Below, in pieces: positions 12,013 through 23,355 of a DNA stretch of 64,000 bases. The notes under the pieces were generated by a model. The model ran no database searches. It saw only the letters and a program-made list of their open reading frames with translations, and was not told the origin of the DNA. The stretch covers positions 1,178,001 to 1,242,000 of the forward strand of contig NC_083241.1 of assembly GCF_032191835.1 (NCBI RefSeq), written 5' to 3'. Source of the DNA: Heteronotia binoei. Lineage: Eukaryota. The translations under genes and the position numbers were made by a program. The stretch's first letter is position 1. Each line of letters begins with the position of its first letter.

Positions 12013-12223
12013 CGGGGTGTAAGGCCATGGTCTTGGCATTGTAGAACCTAACATTTCGCCAGCAGCTGTGACTGGCATCCTCAGAGGTATAACACAGAAG
12101 GCTAGAGTTCTCTCTGTGTCAAAGTCAAACTCTAGCCTTCTGTGTTATACCTCTGAGGAGGCCAGTCACAGCTGCTGGCGAAACATCAGGTTTGACAATG
12201 CCAAGGCCATGGCCATACAGCCC
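12013..12223. mobile_element. Palindromic Penelope-type element with two inverted hammerhead-like motifs
   Basis: About 95-bp inverted arms with an 18-bp spacer. cctCTGAGGAgGCCAG..CTGGCGAAAcatcagg on +, mirrored copy on -. Confidence 0.75.
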
Positions 12224-12689
12224 ATATAGTCTACAACAACTAAGAGGGGTGGAACTCTGACCATGAAAGCCTTCAATGACATAATGCGAGTCATTCTCCC
12301 ATTCTCAAGAATGCTGTTCAACAGAAAAGGGACTGCTGCAGAGAAAGAGCGAGCACAGCACATCATTGTGCCCCCCCTCCTCAGAGAAAGACGTTGGAAT
12401 AATATCCTTTGGCAGCTCCTTTCAGAAACAAGGACAGGGACACAAGCTGCAGGTGCAGCCTCTGCAACACTCGTCTCAAGAGCTGCCTGCTTCATGGGCA
12501 GATTTCACACGAGCAGAAGTCAACTTGGGAACTTATGCGGAATCCGACCACTGCAGCAGAATCCTGAGAAACTCTGCCAGCTTCTTTGTTGTTTCAAGCA
12601 AATGAGTGTAAATTGTCTTGCTGCAGAATTTGGGCTGCCAAATGCCCACACAGCAGAGTTGGAAAGAAGACCAGGCTTCTCCAATCCCA

Positions 12690-13008
12690 CTGGGAGAACC
12701 GGGTTTGATTCCCCCCTCCTCCACTTGCAGCTGCTGGAATGGCCTTGGGTCAGCCAGAGCTCTCTTATCTGGGAGAACCGGGTTTGATTCCCCCCTCCTC
12801 CACTTGTAGCTGCTAGCATGGCCTTGGGTCCGCCATAGCTCTGGCAGAGGTTGTCCTTGAAAGGGCAGCTGCTGTGGGAGCCCTCTCCAGCCCCACCCAC
12901 CTCACAGGGTGTCTGTTGTGGGGGAGGAAGGGAAAGGAGATTGTGAGCCACTCTGAGACTCTTCAGAGTGGAGGGCGGGATATAAATCCAATATCATCAT
13001 CATCATCA
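12690..13008 (+). mobile_element. 5'-truncated Squam3-like SINE with the 79-bp head module duplicated
   Basis: tgggagaaccgggtttgattc at about 12691 and 12770, junction cagccagagctctcttatc, (ATC)n tail. Confidence 0.8.
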
Positions 13009-13341
13009 GTGGAAAGGTATGAGAGAGAAGCTGCAGTTTGCAGGGCTCACCTGGATGTTCCATCTGGTTTTCACCCAGCACAGGGTGAGAGATGCCCTTT
13101 ACTCCTCATGCTGTTTTTCTGCTGATAATTGCCCCCCCAAGTGTTTTGGCCCCATTGGGAAAGCTATGAGTACCTCTATGTGTTCCCTACCATAGGGAAA
13201 AGCAGCTTGGAGGTAGGGACTACGGTGAAAACGAACAGGATGAAAGAGACCCTGCTCCGCTGCTCTTCCCCTCCGCCCTGAACATCCCAAAATAATGATG
13301 GTAAAAAAGATGCCCCTGAGAGCTGCCCCAGATCTCATTAC

Positions 13342-13434
13342 CTTCTTCTCGTCGCATTTGGTTCCATCAACAGCTGCATCCAGCTTGGAGTGACACGTGT
13401 TCCCCACAGAGCACCACAGTGTGCTGCAGACACT
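13342..13434 (-). CDS. ADAMTS7: ADAMTS7 exon 10 (SVCSTLWCSVGNTCHSKLDAAVDGTKCDEKK)
   Basis: ctccag acceptor, GTAATG donor, 93 nt. Confidence 0.95.
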
Positions 13435-14315
13435 CTGGAGAGGGGGGGAAAAGCACAACATTCTCCAGATGCAATCTGTTCAGAACACCTCTGGAAAAGA
13501 GAAGGGAGGTTCCTCAAAGGCTTCTTAGTCCTGGCCCTGCAGCTTCTCCTTAGCATTTCTGGGTTGTTGGGGTTTTTTTTTACATTGCACGGCCGCAGGG
13601 AAACATGGCAAGAGCCAATTGTGGAAGGGGTTCCTTGAGAAAGAACCTGGAATGAGGAGGGAGAGGAGGACTTCAATAGTCCATGGCTCTTCGCAGAAAC
13701 CAAAAGGATAGGTCCCTGCCCTGATGAACTTGCAATCCGTATTTCCACAAACAAAGAGAAAAGAAAGGAGAAGAAGGGGAACACACCAAGCCCTAAAGAG
13801 AGGAGAGACGGAAGATGCAAGAAGATCAGGGGGTACAGCCCTGGTTTCTTTGTAGGGGAAGGACTTTCTTCTTCTGGAACCCATTTGGTGGATGACTGGC
13901 AGGCCGAGCACTTTCAGGTGAGTGGCATCATCATCCTCTGCTGAATGTTGTCTTAAGACTACACAATTCACTAAATGACTTTATTGTACGTTGTGTTTCA
14001 TGGAGGGTCTTGTTTTGTTTCTATGCAGCCTGCTGAACCTTCTTGGCTAGGAGCGGACAAGTGAGCGGCAGCAAATGCAGTTATAGTTCAGGGGCGGCAA
14101 AAATTAGTTCTTGCCTTTGCCTTTGTACAGCAACAATCAAATGCAAAAATCAGTGTAAACGGCTTGCTCAAATCTCCCTCCAATCTCCTTTGAACTGACT
14201 TGAGCTAGTTTCCTTCTGAAGGGGGCTTCCATGCAAACATACTCACAACCCCTATTTCGCAACCCTATGTCACATCAGAAATAAACAAGGAGACCAATAC
14301 CCAGCCCTTCCTTAC

Positions 14316-14460
14316 ATCCATGTCGTCGCAGAAGGTGGAATAGGGTCCATACTGAAGCCGGCACTGGTGGCTGACATCGTAGAGGACTCCCGGCGGGAGC
14401 GAGGGGTAGTCTATCGCGTCTTTGGCAGGGGGGTCATCCAGGCAGAGCCCCCAACCGCGA
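14316..14460 (-). CDS. ADAMTS7: ADAMTS7 exon 9 (RGWGLCLDDPPAKD...STFCDDMD)
   Basis: tttgcag acceptor, GTAAGG donor, 145 nt. Confidence 0.95.
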
Positions 14461-15835
14461 CTGCAAACAGAAACATGAGAATAAAAGAGAAGACACATGA
14501 AAGGAGGCCTGTAATTGGAAAGCAGCAGGGGAAACTATGTACTTTATGGCACTCCATCCCAGCACAAAGCTTGGTGGCGAGGCACCTCAAACCAGAGAGG
14601 CTGGAAGCAAGATTTCAGGCGCCACAGCAAAACAGCCAGGACATTTTAAAGGGCAAAGTCTCTGTTTTGGTCTCTGATTAAGGGAGGGGGGCAGGCACCA
14701 TGGGGGAGGGAAGAACCACGCTTTCTTCAGTGCTGCTGTTTATCTTGCAGTATAGATGGAAGTCTTTGCCTTCTGTGGCTATACCTTCCATTACATATCT
14801 TAATATATAGGATACTGTGCTTGTCAGTTCACTGGTCATTTGGATGTCAATGCTACGTGCAAAAAGACCTCTCACCCCACCAGAATCTCGGGGCGGGGGG
14901 CTCGGGATGAGCCCATAACAAGCAAATTATTTAATGAGGCCCATTCTCTGTGAGCTGATGTAGAACAACCACGTTCAACCTGCGGGAGTGAGAATGCCTA
15001 AGACAGGAGGTGGCTGTCTCTGAGCCGGAAGCAAGTAAACAAAAGAGTCCTATCCTATCCCAGCCCTGCTCTGTTCCGGAGGAAAGACCAGCTGGTGAGA
15101 GGAAGAGGAAGCAGAGGAGACATGGAGACAGAAGAGTCAACTAGCTGGAGAGCACAGAAGACGCCGCTGCCTCCCCCTGAGGTGCAAATGCTGAGCCCGG
15201 CTACACAACGGAATCTTCCCAGCAGTGTTAAAAAGGCAGCGCTTCCTGCACAAGGAGGGGAGGTGGCCTGGGACAGCCCAGTCTAAACAGATCTTGGAAG
15301 CTAAGCAGGATTGGTTCTTGGACGGAAGACCACCAAGGAAGACTTTGCAGAGGAAGGCAAAACCAATCACCTCTGCTTCTTTGGCCAAATAAATAAATCG
15401 ATTGATCGATTGACTTCTGCTTCTTGCTTGCCCTTTAAAGCTCCTTGCCGGGGTCATCCGAAGGGGGCAGTGATTTGAGGGCACTCTCTGTGCAAGGAGC
15501 GGGCAGTGCTGCTTTTAATCAATGAAATGGGGAGAGTGAAAGGATCCGCTCTCCACCCCACCCCCAGCTGCATCAGGACTGCAACATACTGCTTGAAGAG
15601 GCTATGAACACCCGGTCACAGGTCACCCCGTCTCCTCCTGCCTGGGCTGCAGCAGAAATCTTTCCCCACCCTCAAAGAGTGAGTCTGGAACTTCCCACCT
15701 GAAAGCCACGTATTTTTCCTCCTGAGCTACGAACGGCCCTTTGAAAGCTGCTCAGGAAAAACAGATTTCAAAGACTCTCTGTGGGAGGGGGTGGAGGAAC
15801 CAGCCTCCAAAGCAGCCGTTTTCTCCAGGAGCAAT

Positions 15836-16430
15836 GATAATAATAATAATAATAATAACTTTTATTTATATCCCGCCCTCCCCGCCGAGGCAGGCTCAGG
15901 GCGGCTCACAGACATGGCATGTGCCATGATTACGATAAATACATTATACAATAAAATACATTCAAATAAATTAATTAAAACCACAACAGTTAAAGGTGCT
16001 ATAGTACAACGCAGTATATATCGGATGGCTAGGTGTCACTTCAGGATTCCGTCTTGAAAAAGGACAGTTTTACAGGCCCTGCGGAACTGATTATCGTCCC
16101 GCAGGGCTCGAACCTCTGCTGGTAGTTGATTCCACCAACGGGGAGCCATTGTTGAGAAGGCCTGCTCTCGCGTTGTTTTCAGTTTGGCCTCCCTTGGTCC
16201 AGGGATTTTTAGGAGATTTTGGGAGATAGATCTCAGTGCTCTCTGGGGGATATATGGAGAGAGGCGGTCCCTAAGGTAGGCAGGTCCTCGGCCATATAGG
16301 GCTTTAAAGGTAATAACCAGCACTTTGTAAAGAACTCGGAACACAATTGGCAGCCAGTGCAGCTCCCGCAACCTAGGCTGCATGTGTTCCCACTGGGGTA
16401 GTCCCACTAACAGCCTGGCCACCGCAATGA
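15836..16430 (-). mobile_element. L2 LINE 3' fragment (ORF2 C-terminus, 3' UTR, (TTA)n tail)
   Basis: LRELHWLPIVFRVLYKVLVITFKALYGRGPAYLRDRL; 3' end gagccgccctgagcc..gggcgggatataaat. Confidence 0.88.
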
Positions 16431-16435
16431 TCTTT

Positions 16436-16658
16436 GAACATATGAACATCTGAAGCTGCCTTCCACTGAATCAGACCCTCCTGGGTCCATCAAAGTCAGT
16501 ATTGTCTACTCAAACTGGCACGACTCTCCAGGGTCTCAAGCTGAGGTTTTTCACGCTTATTTTGCCTGGACCCCTTTTAGGTGGAGATACCGGGGATTGA
16601 ACCTAGGACCTTCTGCTTACCAATCAGAAGCTCTACCACTGAGCCACTGTCCCTCCCC
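16436..16658 (-). mobile_element. tRNA-Ala-like SINE, full-length monomer
   Basis: Reverse complement of the 9434-10717 terminal unit. Confidence 0.85.
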
Positions 16659-18464
16659 AAATCTTAGTCAACTGGAGACCAGCAGGAGCTCTCCGGATGC
16701 CCCTGGAAGGTTCTCTACCCCAGCCAGAGGTTTTGTGCCATGGAGAGGTACTTGCAGGCTGGAGGGGGAAGGCGGCATTTGATTCAGAATTGCAAGAACA
16801 ATAATAATAATAATAATTTTATACCACTGACGTCACCTTATTTCATTTTTATTTAATGATTTTAACTGTCTAATTTGTAACTGTTTTATTGTGTGGTTTT
16901 AATGGTTTATTGTGTTGTAATCCACCCTGAGCCCAACTTGGAAAAGGGCTGACTATAAATTCGCAAATAAAATAAATGATTCAGAACTGCCAGAACCAGT
17001 CTGCTTATCACGCCTCCTCCTCTCGACCGGCCTCAGAATTCTGGGCTTGCCATGGGGCATGGGGGAGGCAAGGAATGCTTCTGTCCTGTGAAGAAGGATG
17101 GTGCTGTCAGAGAGCCAGAATTGCCTCCAGGGATTTCTCACTTTTCCTGAAACACCAGAAGGTGTGTGTGTGGGGGGGGGGTGGATGGGGAAAGAGCTGT
17201 TCACAAGGGACAAAACCTCACTGGCGGGTTGTTCACTGCCTGCCTCTCCCCACCTGGGGGGCTCCCCTTTCCTTTCTGCCTCCCCTGCCCAGCGAACACT
17301 GGCTGGAATTTGGCTCAAAGCAGGGCGAGAAGCACAGAGAAGCAGCCCCCAGAGAAACAAAACACATTTGCATCACCGGGGTTCATTCCTGGAACACTTG
17401 CAAGTCAAACTGAACCAAGACAAGTGCCTCTGTACATGTTCAGAGTGTCATTTCCCGCCCTACTGAGCCACCAGTCCCCAGCTTTTAGGATTAAAGAGGA
17501 TCTTTTCCTTGCTGGCTCGCGCTCCAGGGACCCAGCATGAGAATTAGGGCAATGGGGCCTTGGAGTGACGCATGCGGAGAGACTGCCCACTCCTCTCCCA
17601 GGGCCATACTGTGTCTGCAAGAGCTACCCAAGGGCCCTAACACTGCCTCCAGCCTTGCTCAGCTGCAAGAAGGCCTGCCAGCCGCTGCTCTCTCGTGCCC
17701 TTTTCTTGCCTCCCTTTCCCAGCCAGGCCAAAGGGTCCCGCTGGGCCAAGCAAGAGCAGAGAGAGAAGGAGGCAAGGCCAGAAGAGTCAACAGCAACAGA
17801 AGGCTAAATATAAACAGATGCCAGAAGGAATTTGGCTCAGCCCTCCATAGCTGGGAAGCATTTTTGGCCTTGGCCTGGCGCCACTGGGCCAGGGCTGCTC
17901 TGAAGCAGGAGGTCCCTGGCTGGCAAACCCGGCCAGGCAGGCGGCACAGAGGGAATGCCAGCCTCCGCTCTCCATGCCACATTCTGCAGAATGCAAACTC
18001 TTTCCCCCTTAAGTGCAGCTGCAGTGGACTGAGCCAGTATCCAGGAGGGATCTTCTGGACCGGTACTCATTACAAGCAGAGGTGCTTGCAGGAGTCATCT
18101 CCCTGAGGTCCCAAGCCCAGGAGGGCGGAGGTCAGCAGATGTTCCTCTGGGGCAAGGAAGAGACCCAAATCACTCTTTGCAAAACAACATCGACCCTTTG
18201 CAGGTCCAAGAGTTTCCCTGCCTCTTCACCTGAAAGCCACCCAAAACCACTCTGACCCACCCACCTGCACACCTGCTTCTCCAAAGCTGAGAAGAGAGGC
18301 ATCTCTGAGACTTCTGTGTGCTGGCCACCCTGTCCCTTTCACGCAACCCCGAATGGATCCCTGAGCCATTGCCAGCATGAGGAAGAGCGAGCAAAATGGG
18401 TATCTGGCACAATGCCACAGTCACGCCACTGCCTTTTTGTATTCCTTGCTGCCCTCAGGAGTCT

Positions 18465-19870
18465 CATAAGAGCATAAGAGAAGCCATGTTGGATCAGGCC
18501 AATGGCCCCTCCAGTCCAACACTCTGTGTCACATAAGAACATAAGAGAAGCCATGTTGGATCAGGCCAGTGGCCCCTCCAGTCCAACACTCTGTGTCACA
18601 GAAGAACATAACAGAAGCCATGTTGGAGCAGGCCAATGGCACCTCCAGTCCAACACTCTGTGTCACATAAGAACATAAGAGAAGCCATGTTGGATCAGGC
18701 CAATGGCCCCTCCAGTCCAACACTCTGTGTCACATAAGAACATCAGAGAAGTCATGTTGGATCAGGCCAATGGCCCATCCAGTCCAACACTCTGTGTCAC
18801 ATAAGAACATAACAGAAGCGTTGTTGGATCAGGCCAATGGCACATCCAGTCCAACACTCTGTGTCACATAAGAACATAAGAGAAGCCATGTTGGATCAGG
18901 CCAATGGCCCATCCAGTCCAACACTCTGTGTCACATAAGAGAAGCCCTGTTGGATCAGGCCAATGGCCCATCCAGTCCAACACTCTGTGTCACATAAGAA
19001 CATAAGAGAAGCCATGTTGGGTCAGGCCAAAGGTCCATCCAGTCCAACACTCTGTGTCACATAAGAACATAAGAGAAGTCATGTTGGATAAGGCCAATGG
19101 CCCATCCAGTCCTACACTCTGTGTCACATAAGAACATAAGAGAAGCCATGTTGGATTAGGCCAATGGCCCCTCCAGTCCAACACTCTGCGTCACATAAGA
19201 ATATAAGAGAAGCCCTGTTGGATCAGGCCAATGGCCCCTCCAGTCCAACACTCTGTGTCACATAAGAACATAAGAGAAGCCCTGTTGGATCAGGCCAATG
19301 GCCCATCCTGTCCAACACTCTGTGTCGCATAGGGGCCAAAGAAACCAGGTGCTATCAGGAGAACTCCAGAAGCCCTCCCACTGTTGCCGCCCCCCACAAG
19401 CACCAAGAATACAGAGCATCACTGCCCCAGATGAGAGTTCCAACAATATGCTGTGGCTAATACCCACTGATGAACCTCTGCTCCATATGTTTATCCAATC
19501 CCCTCTTGAATCCCTCTATGCATGTAGCTGCCACCATCTCCTGTGGCAGTGAATTCCATGTGTTAATTACTCTTTGGGTGAAGAAGTACTTCCTTTTATC
19601 TGTTTTAACCTGACTGCTCAGCAATTTCATTGAGTGTCCACAAGTTCTTGTATTGCGGGATGCATGCATAATCTTGTAAACCTCTATCATGTCACCCCTC
19701 AGTCGTCATTCCTCCAAGCTAAAGAGCCCCAAGCGATTTAACCTTTCTTCATAGGGAAAGCGTTCCAAACCTTTAATCATTTTAGTTGCTATTTTCTGCA
19801 GTTTTTCCAATGCTAGAATATCTTTTTTTGAGATGTGGTGACCAGAATTTTACACAGTACTCCAAATGAA
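18465..19870 (-). mobile_element. CR1 LINE 3' fragment with its terminal 67 bp repeated 13 times (18465-19330)
   Basis: 13 copies of cataagaacataagagaagccatgttggatcaggccaatggcccatccagtccaacactctgtgtca, then 3' UTR and ORF2 remnant (GHSMKLLSSQVKTDKRKYFFTQRVINTWNSLPQ). Confidence 0.92.
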
Positions 19871-19879
19871 CACCGAATA

Positions 19880-20106
19880 CTGAACATGGAACACTGAACT
19901 TGAAACTGATGAGTGTAGCTTTAGGACCGCTGTATGATTTAATGTTCATGTATATTACAAATGTTTACATTTTTAACTATAAATTATGAAATGTCAATTT
20001 TAATGTTTAATTTTATATTTTATGTTAGTTTTATATGTTGTAAGCCGCCCTGAGCCACCTAGTGGGAAGGGCGGGATATAAATCTTAAAATAAATAAATA
20101 AATAAA
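19880..20106 (+). mobile_element. L2 3' UTR/tail fragment
   Basis: ttgtaagccgccctgagcc..gggcgggatataaat then (TAAA)n. Similar tails occur near 4340-4415, 16800-16975, 32440-32505 and 52370-52505. Confidence 0.7.
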
Positions 20107-20286
20107 TGAGGCCGCACCATCAATTTATAGAGGGACACTTCTTTCCCAGAAACGGATACAGTCCAGCCCACCATACACACTTTCTCTTTGCTATCATGAT
20201 GTCCTATTCCTGCCCCCACATGCAGGAGGCACTAAGCCTGGAAATGGAAATGCATCTCCCCCCCCCCCCACACACACACCACTTAC

Positions 20287-20430
20287 TCCAAAAAGCGGGT
20301 GACGTACTCCCTGCTGCAGCGGGACCATGTGAGTGGCGAAGTGTCGTACAGGAGCTGTGGAGACATGATGAAAGGTCTTTTCCCAACTGGCTCACAGTCA
20401 TTGCCGCTTCCGTCATGCTGAATCCCAAAA
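20287..20430 (-). CDS. ADAMTS7: ADAMTS7 exon 8 ([28 protein letters not shown]...TRFL)
   Basis: cttgcag acceptor, GTAAGT donor, 144 nt. Confidence 0.95.
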
Positions 20431-20581
20431 CTGCAAGAGCACAGCCCCCCAAGGGGGGAGGTGAGCCGTGTACCCATACACAAGCACCAAGGAACTTCAG
20501 GCTGGGCAGGGGCGTTGGGCATTCTAGAGAGGGCTCCTCTCCCCAGGCCTTCAGGGGCCGCCCACTATGGATGCCCTCACA

Positions 20582-20972
20582 TATGAACAAATGAAGCTGC
20601 CTTATACTGAATCAGACCTTTGGTCCATCAAAGTCAGTATTGTCTTCTCAGACTGGCAGCGGCTCTCCAGGGTCTCAAGCTGAGGTTTTTCACACCTATT
20701 TGCCTGGACCCTTTTTAGGTGGAGATGTCGGGGATTGAACCCGGGACCTCCTGCTTACATATTAACATATGAAGCTGCCTTCTACTGAATCAGACCCTCG
20801 GTCCATCAAAGTCAGTATTGTCTTCTCAGACTGGCAGCGGCACTACAGGGTCTCAAGCTGAGGTTTTTCACACCTATTTGCCTGGACCCTTTTTTAGTTG
20901 GAGATGCCGGGGACTGAACCTGGGACCTTCTGCTGCTTCCCAAGCAGATGCCACTGAGCCACCGTCCCTCAC
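20582..20972 (-). mobile_element. Head-to-tail dimer of tRNA-Ala-like SINE (full copy 20764-20972, 5'-truncated copy 20582-20760)
   Basis: Two successive gaagctgcctt..ctgaatcagacc tails. Confidence 0.82.
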
Positions 20973-21312
20973 CTCTTCTGCAGGATCTCAACCACACCCC
21001 CAGAGGGCATGCAGGGGGTTCTCTTTCTCTTACGTACACACACAGAGAGAGCTTTTGAAGACTGAAATACTCTGATTTTGCTTATTGGTTTTGCATTTTT
21101 TCCCCCCTTAAAATTTACCAAAAGCAAAACACAAAATTTGGGGAACCTGAACACACTGCAGTGTTTCTGGAGTTGACAAACTAAAAGTTTGCTTGCAAAA
21201 TGTAATAAAAGCAGAAGTTAATAGCTGCATTCTGGACAGCGGTAGTTCCGCACTGTGGATCTGATGCCTCCACATGCAAGGTCAAGACGGAAGCAGCCAG
21301 TCTTTGCCATAC

Positions 21313-21462
21313 CTGTGTCCAAGCTCATGGGCCACGGTGAATGCCAGAGGAAGCCCCGTGTCCTCGTTGATGTTGCAGCTTCTGTGGGGCTGGCACATGC
21401 CCGAGACGTGAGACAGGCCCAGCGTCTCGCACGGACGGTTCATGGCAGCACAGATGTCTTTC
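21313..21462 (-). CDS. ADAMTS7: ADAMTS7 exon 7 ([25 protein letters not shown]...AHELGH)
   Basis: gagaag acceptor (weak), GTATGG donor, 150 nt, first half of the zinc-binding motif. Confidence 0.94.
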
Positions 21463-21629
21463 CTTCTCCAGTTGGGCAGAAACACATAGATAACAAAGAC
21501 ACAATTACAATCACCAGCAGAAGCACCTGCAGCTGAACCAAAGGAACAGCGCAGTGGCTTTCTGTTTGCAAACTGGAATGCTGAGAAAGGGCTAGCAACC
21601 TCTAACTGTACCCCCCACACCAGAACCAA

Positions 21630-22480
21630 ATATGAGTCCAGTGGCACCTTTAAGACCAATGGAGTTGTATTCTGGGGATAATAAGCTTTGGTGTTAGGGT
21701 TGCCAAGTCCAATTCAAGAAATATCTGGGGACTTTGGGGGTGGAGCCAGGAGACATTGGGGGCGGAGCCAGGAACAAGGGTGTGACAAGCATAATTGAAC
21801 TCCAAGAGAGTTCTGGCCATCACATTTAAAGGGACAGCACACCTTTTAAAATGTCTTCCTTCCATAGGAAATAATGAAGGATAGGGGCACCTTCTTTTGG
21901 GGCTCATAGAATTGGACCCCCTGGTCCAATCGTTTTGAAACTTTGGGAAGAGGAACTAGATACTACACTGAAAATTTGGTGCCTCTACCTCTAAAAACAG
22001 CTCCCCCAGAGCCCCCAAAACCTCCAGATCAATTCCCCATTATACCCTATGAGAATCGATCTCCACATAGGGAATAATGAAGTGCTCAGCAGACCCCCAC
22101 CCGTTTCTGGCGACTCTGAAGCAAGGGACTGGCCTCTCTACTCACGAGTTGCTGCCAGCTTCTTCACAGCAACACAGACACACCATCTCAAGAGGAAGCC
22201 TTTCAATCGGAGACTGAAGCCTCCGAAGGTGCGAAGGCACATGGTCCTTTGGGAGCGGGGCTTCCGCCTGCCAGCCAGCTGACTGGGAGCGGGAAGGAGT
22301 CTGGGAAAGTGGAAGATCCCCCGCTGGGATGTGGGGATTGGCAAGCCTATTTGGTGTGCATGCACACTTCTTCAGACACAATGAAATGGAAGTTACCAGT
22401 CCATACATATGGGTATAGGGTGAGCAGCAAATTAGCCTACAGCACAGGGAAGATGTTTTAACAGCTCCAAGGACCAAACA
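21630..22480. mobile_element. Penelope-type fragment split by the hAT insertion
   Basis: gagtccagtggcacctttaagacc..ataagc before the insert and gcatgcacacttcttcagacac after it; matches the 26060-26400 element. Confidence 0.7.
21695..22349. mobile_element. Non-autonomous hAT-type DNA transposon (655 bp) with 8-bp TSD
   Basis: TIRs TAGGGTTGCCA / TGGCAAGCCTA; TSD TTTGGTGT at 21687-21694 and 22350-22357. Confidence 0.88.
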
Positions 22481-22574
22481 GGAATAACAAGCTTAGTTTA
22501 TATGGTCACTATTAGTTTGGATTTAATTCGGGGGGGGGCGCAATTCCAAGGAGGAGCACAAATATAAAAACTGG

Positions 22575-23050
22575 AGACTGGTGTGCATACCTTTGGGACT
22601 GCCTCTCCCCATATGTGCCCCAGAGAGCACTTTGTTCAGGGTCCCAAAACCTCCTTAGGATCCCCGGACCAAAAGAGGCTCGACTGTCCATCACCAGAGC
22701 CAGAGCGTTTTCAGTAACAGCTCCTGCTTTGTTGCACCCCCTCCCTGAAAACATCAGGGCCCTGCAGGACCTGCCATAGTTCCGCAGGGCCTGTAAAACC
22801 GAATTGTTTCAACTCACTTTTAGAGGCTGAAGGGAGGTAGCTATTACTCATCATAACTGAGGCAATAACATTCAGAGTAATTAGAAACGCACATCTTGGT
22901 TTTAATGATTGTAAACTGTACTGGTTGATTGTATTGTGTAATCTGTTTTTAATGTTTTATGTGGTTTATTTGCTGTTTGTTAGACAGCCGCCCTCAGCCC
23001 GTCAGGGGAGGGCGGGATATAAATCTGATAAGATAAAATAAATAAATAAA
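22575..23050 (+). mobile_element. L2 LINE 3' fragment
   Basis: gggactgcctctccccatatgtgccccagagagcact..ccgcagggcctgtaaaac, tail gggcgggatataaat(TAAA)n. Confidence 0.8.
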
Positions 23051-23355
23051 ATGTGCCCTTCTTAACTGCGGAATGCTGAAAGTAATTAACTGAGACCCTG
23101 TAGTTATGCTCCATCTGTCTCTTCTCGAGCATGGCAGTAACTAACAGCCTCCTTTTCTTTAAGGCAGGGTGAATGGTTGTGCTGTGTTAAATCTCCTCTG
23201 TCCCCAATCAGAGAAACAGATTCCAATTTACCATTCCAAACTACACTACATCCTACTGTTCGTTGCATTGCATTACAATCACTACCCTCCCTACAGGGAA
23301 TTCTCAAAAGAAGTCATGACCATGAAGTGGTTTAAAATTGTGCTCCCAGGGGCAT

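Noticed and set aside
18465-19330. CRISPR-like repeat arrays (also 26445-27500 and 39284-40468)
   Set aside because: Units are contiguous with no unique spacers, they match retroposon ends, and the DNA is vertebrate with no cas genes.
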